A stretch of DNA of 64,000 nucleotides from Phoronis australis (Eukaryota > Animalia > Phoronida). The position numbers were made by a program, and so were the translations under genes. The DNA lies in the NCBI GenBank assembly GCA_002633005.1, contig NMRA01000023.1, positions 1,557,097 to 1,621,096 of the forward strand, given 5' to 3'. How positions within the stretch are numbered: position 1 is the stretch's first letter; every line of letters starts with the position of its first letter. Under the pieces are notes generated by a model, which was not told where the DNA came from, ran no database searches, and was given only the letters and a program-made list of their open reading frames with translations. Positions 63,886 through 64,000 of the stretch are shown here, in pieces.

Positions 63886-64000
63886 CAGGGACTCATCTAG
63901 GATTTGAAAATTGGGGGTCCAAATTCGTGAGACTGACGAGTCGTGCAGAGCGCTAATCTGAGGCGCGCAGCACTGATGGGGGGAGGTGGGGAGGGGGAAG
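63886..64000 (+). mobile_element. Left end of another hAT-like MITE, cut by window edge
   Basis: cagggactcatctaggatttgaaaattggggg resembles the terminus type at 61751-61915. Confidence 0.4.

Noticed and set aside
44100-64000. Search for Ig1/signal-peptide exons and other genes among the short ORFs (e.g. 54325-54700, 59651-60125)
   Set aside because: No Ig signature or recognisable domain seen by eye; treated as a long intron. A small exon could have been missed.

Overview
Eukaryotic, AT-rich animal genomic DNA (looks like a bilaterian invertebrate draft assembly; no prokaryotic features). It is dominated by one minus-strand, intron-rich gene for a turtle/IGSF9-family Ig-superfamily adhesion receptor. 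I traced 13 phase-compatible GT-AG coding exons from 43923 down to the TAG at 1131-1133: four Ig domains, FN3-1, two 81-nt linker exons, FN3-2, TM and a ~680-aa disordered tail. Three of these exons are not represented in frame in the ORF track. Ig1 and the canonical signal peptide were not found and probably lie beyond 64000. Introns hold many minisatellites, MITEs and two duplications at assembly gaps that look like artefacts. Points worth a second look: (1) three copies of a Helentron/HINE-like element whose ~145-bp internal repeats mostly carry a CTCF-consensus-like motif, with a higher-order trimer in the best copy; (2) a candidate Rbfox/microexon splicing hub between the FN3 domains; (3) a dual-frame terminal exon that could swap the long tail for a short one ending in VEVSV; (4) an in-frame ATG plus signal-peptide-like leader before Ig2; (5) a hidden HIRAN-like coding fragment next to a TcMar/pogo-like terminus. 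All isoform and regulatory claims are hypotheses from sequence only.
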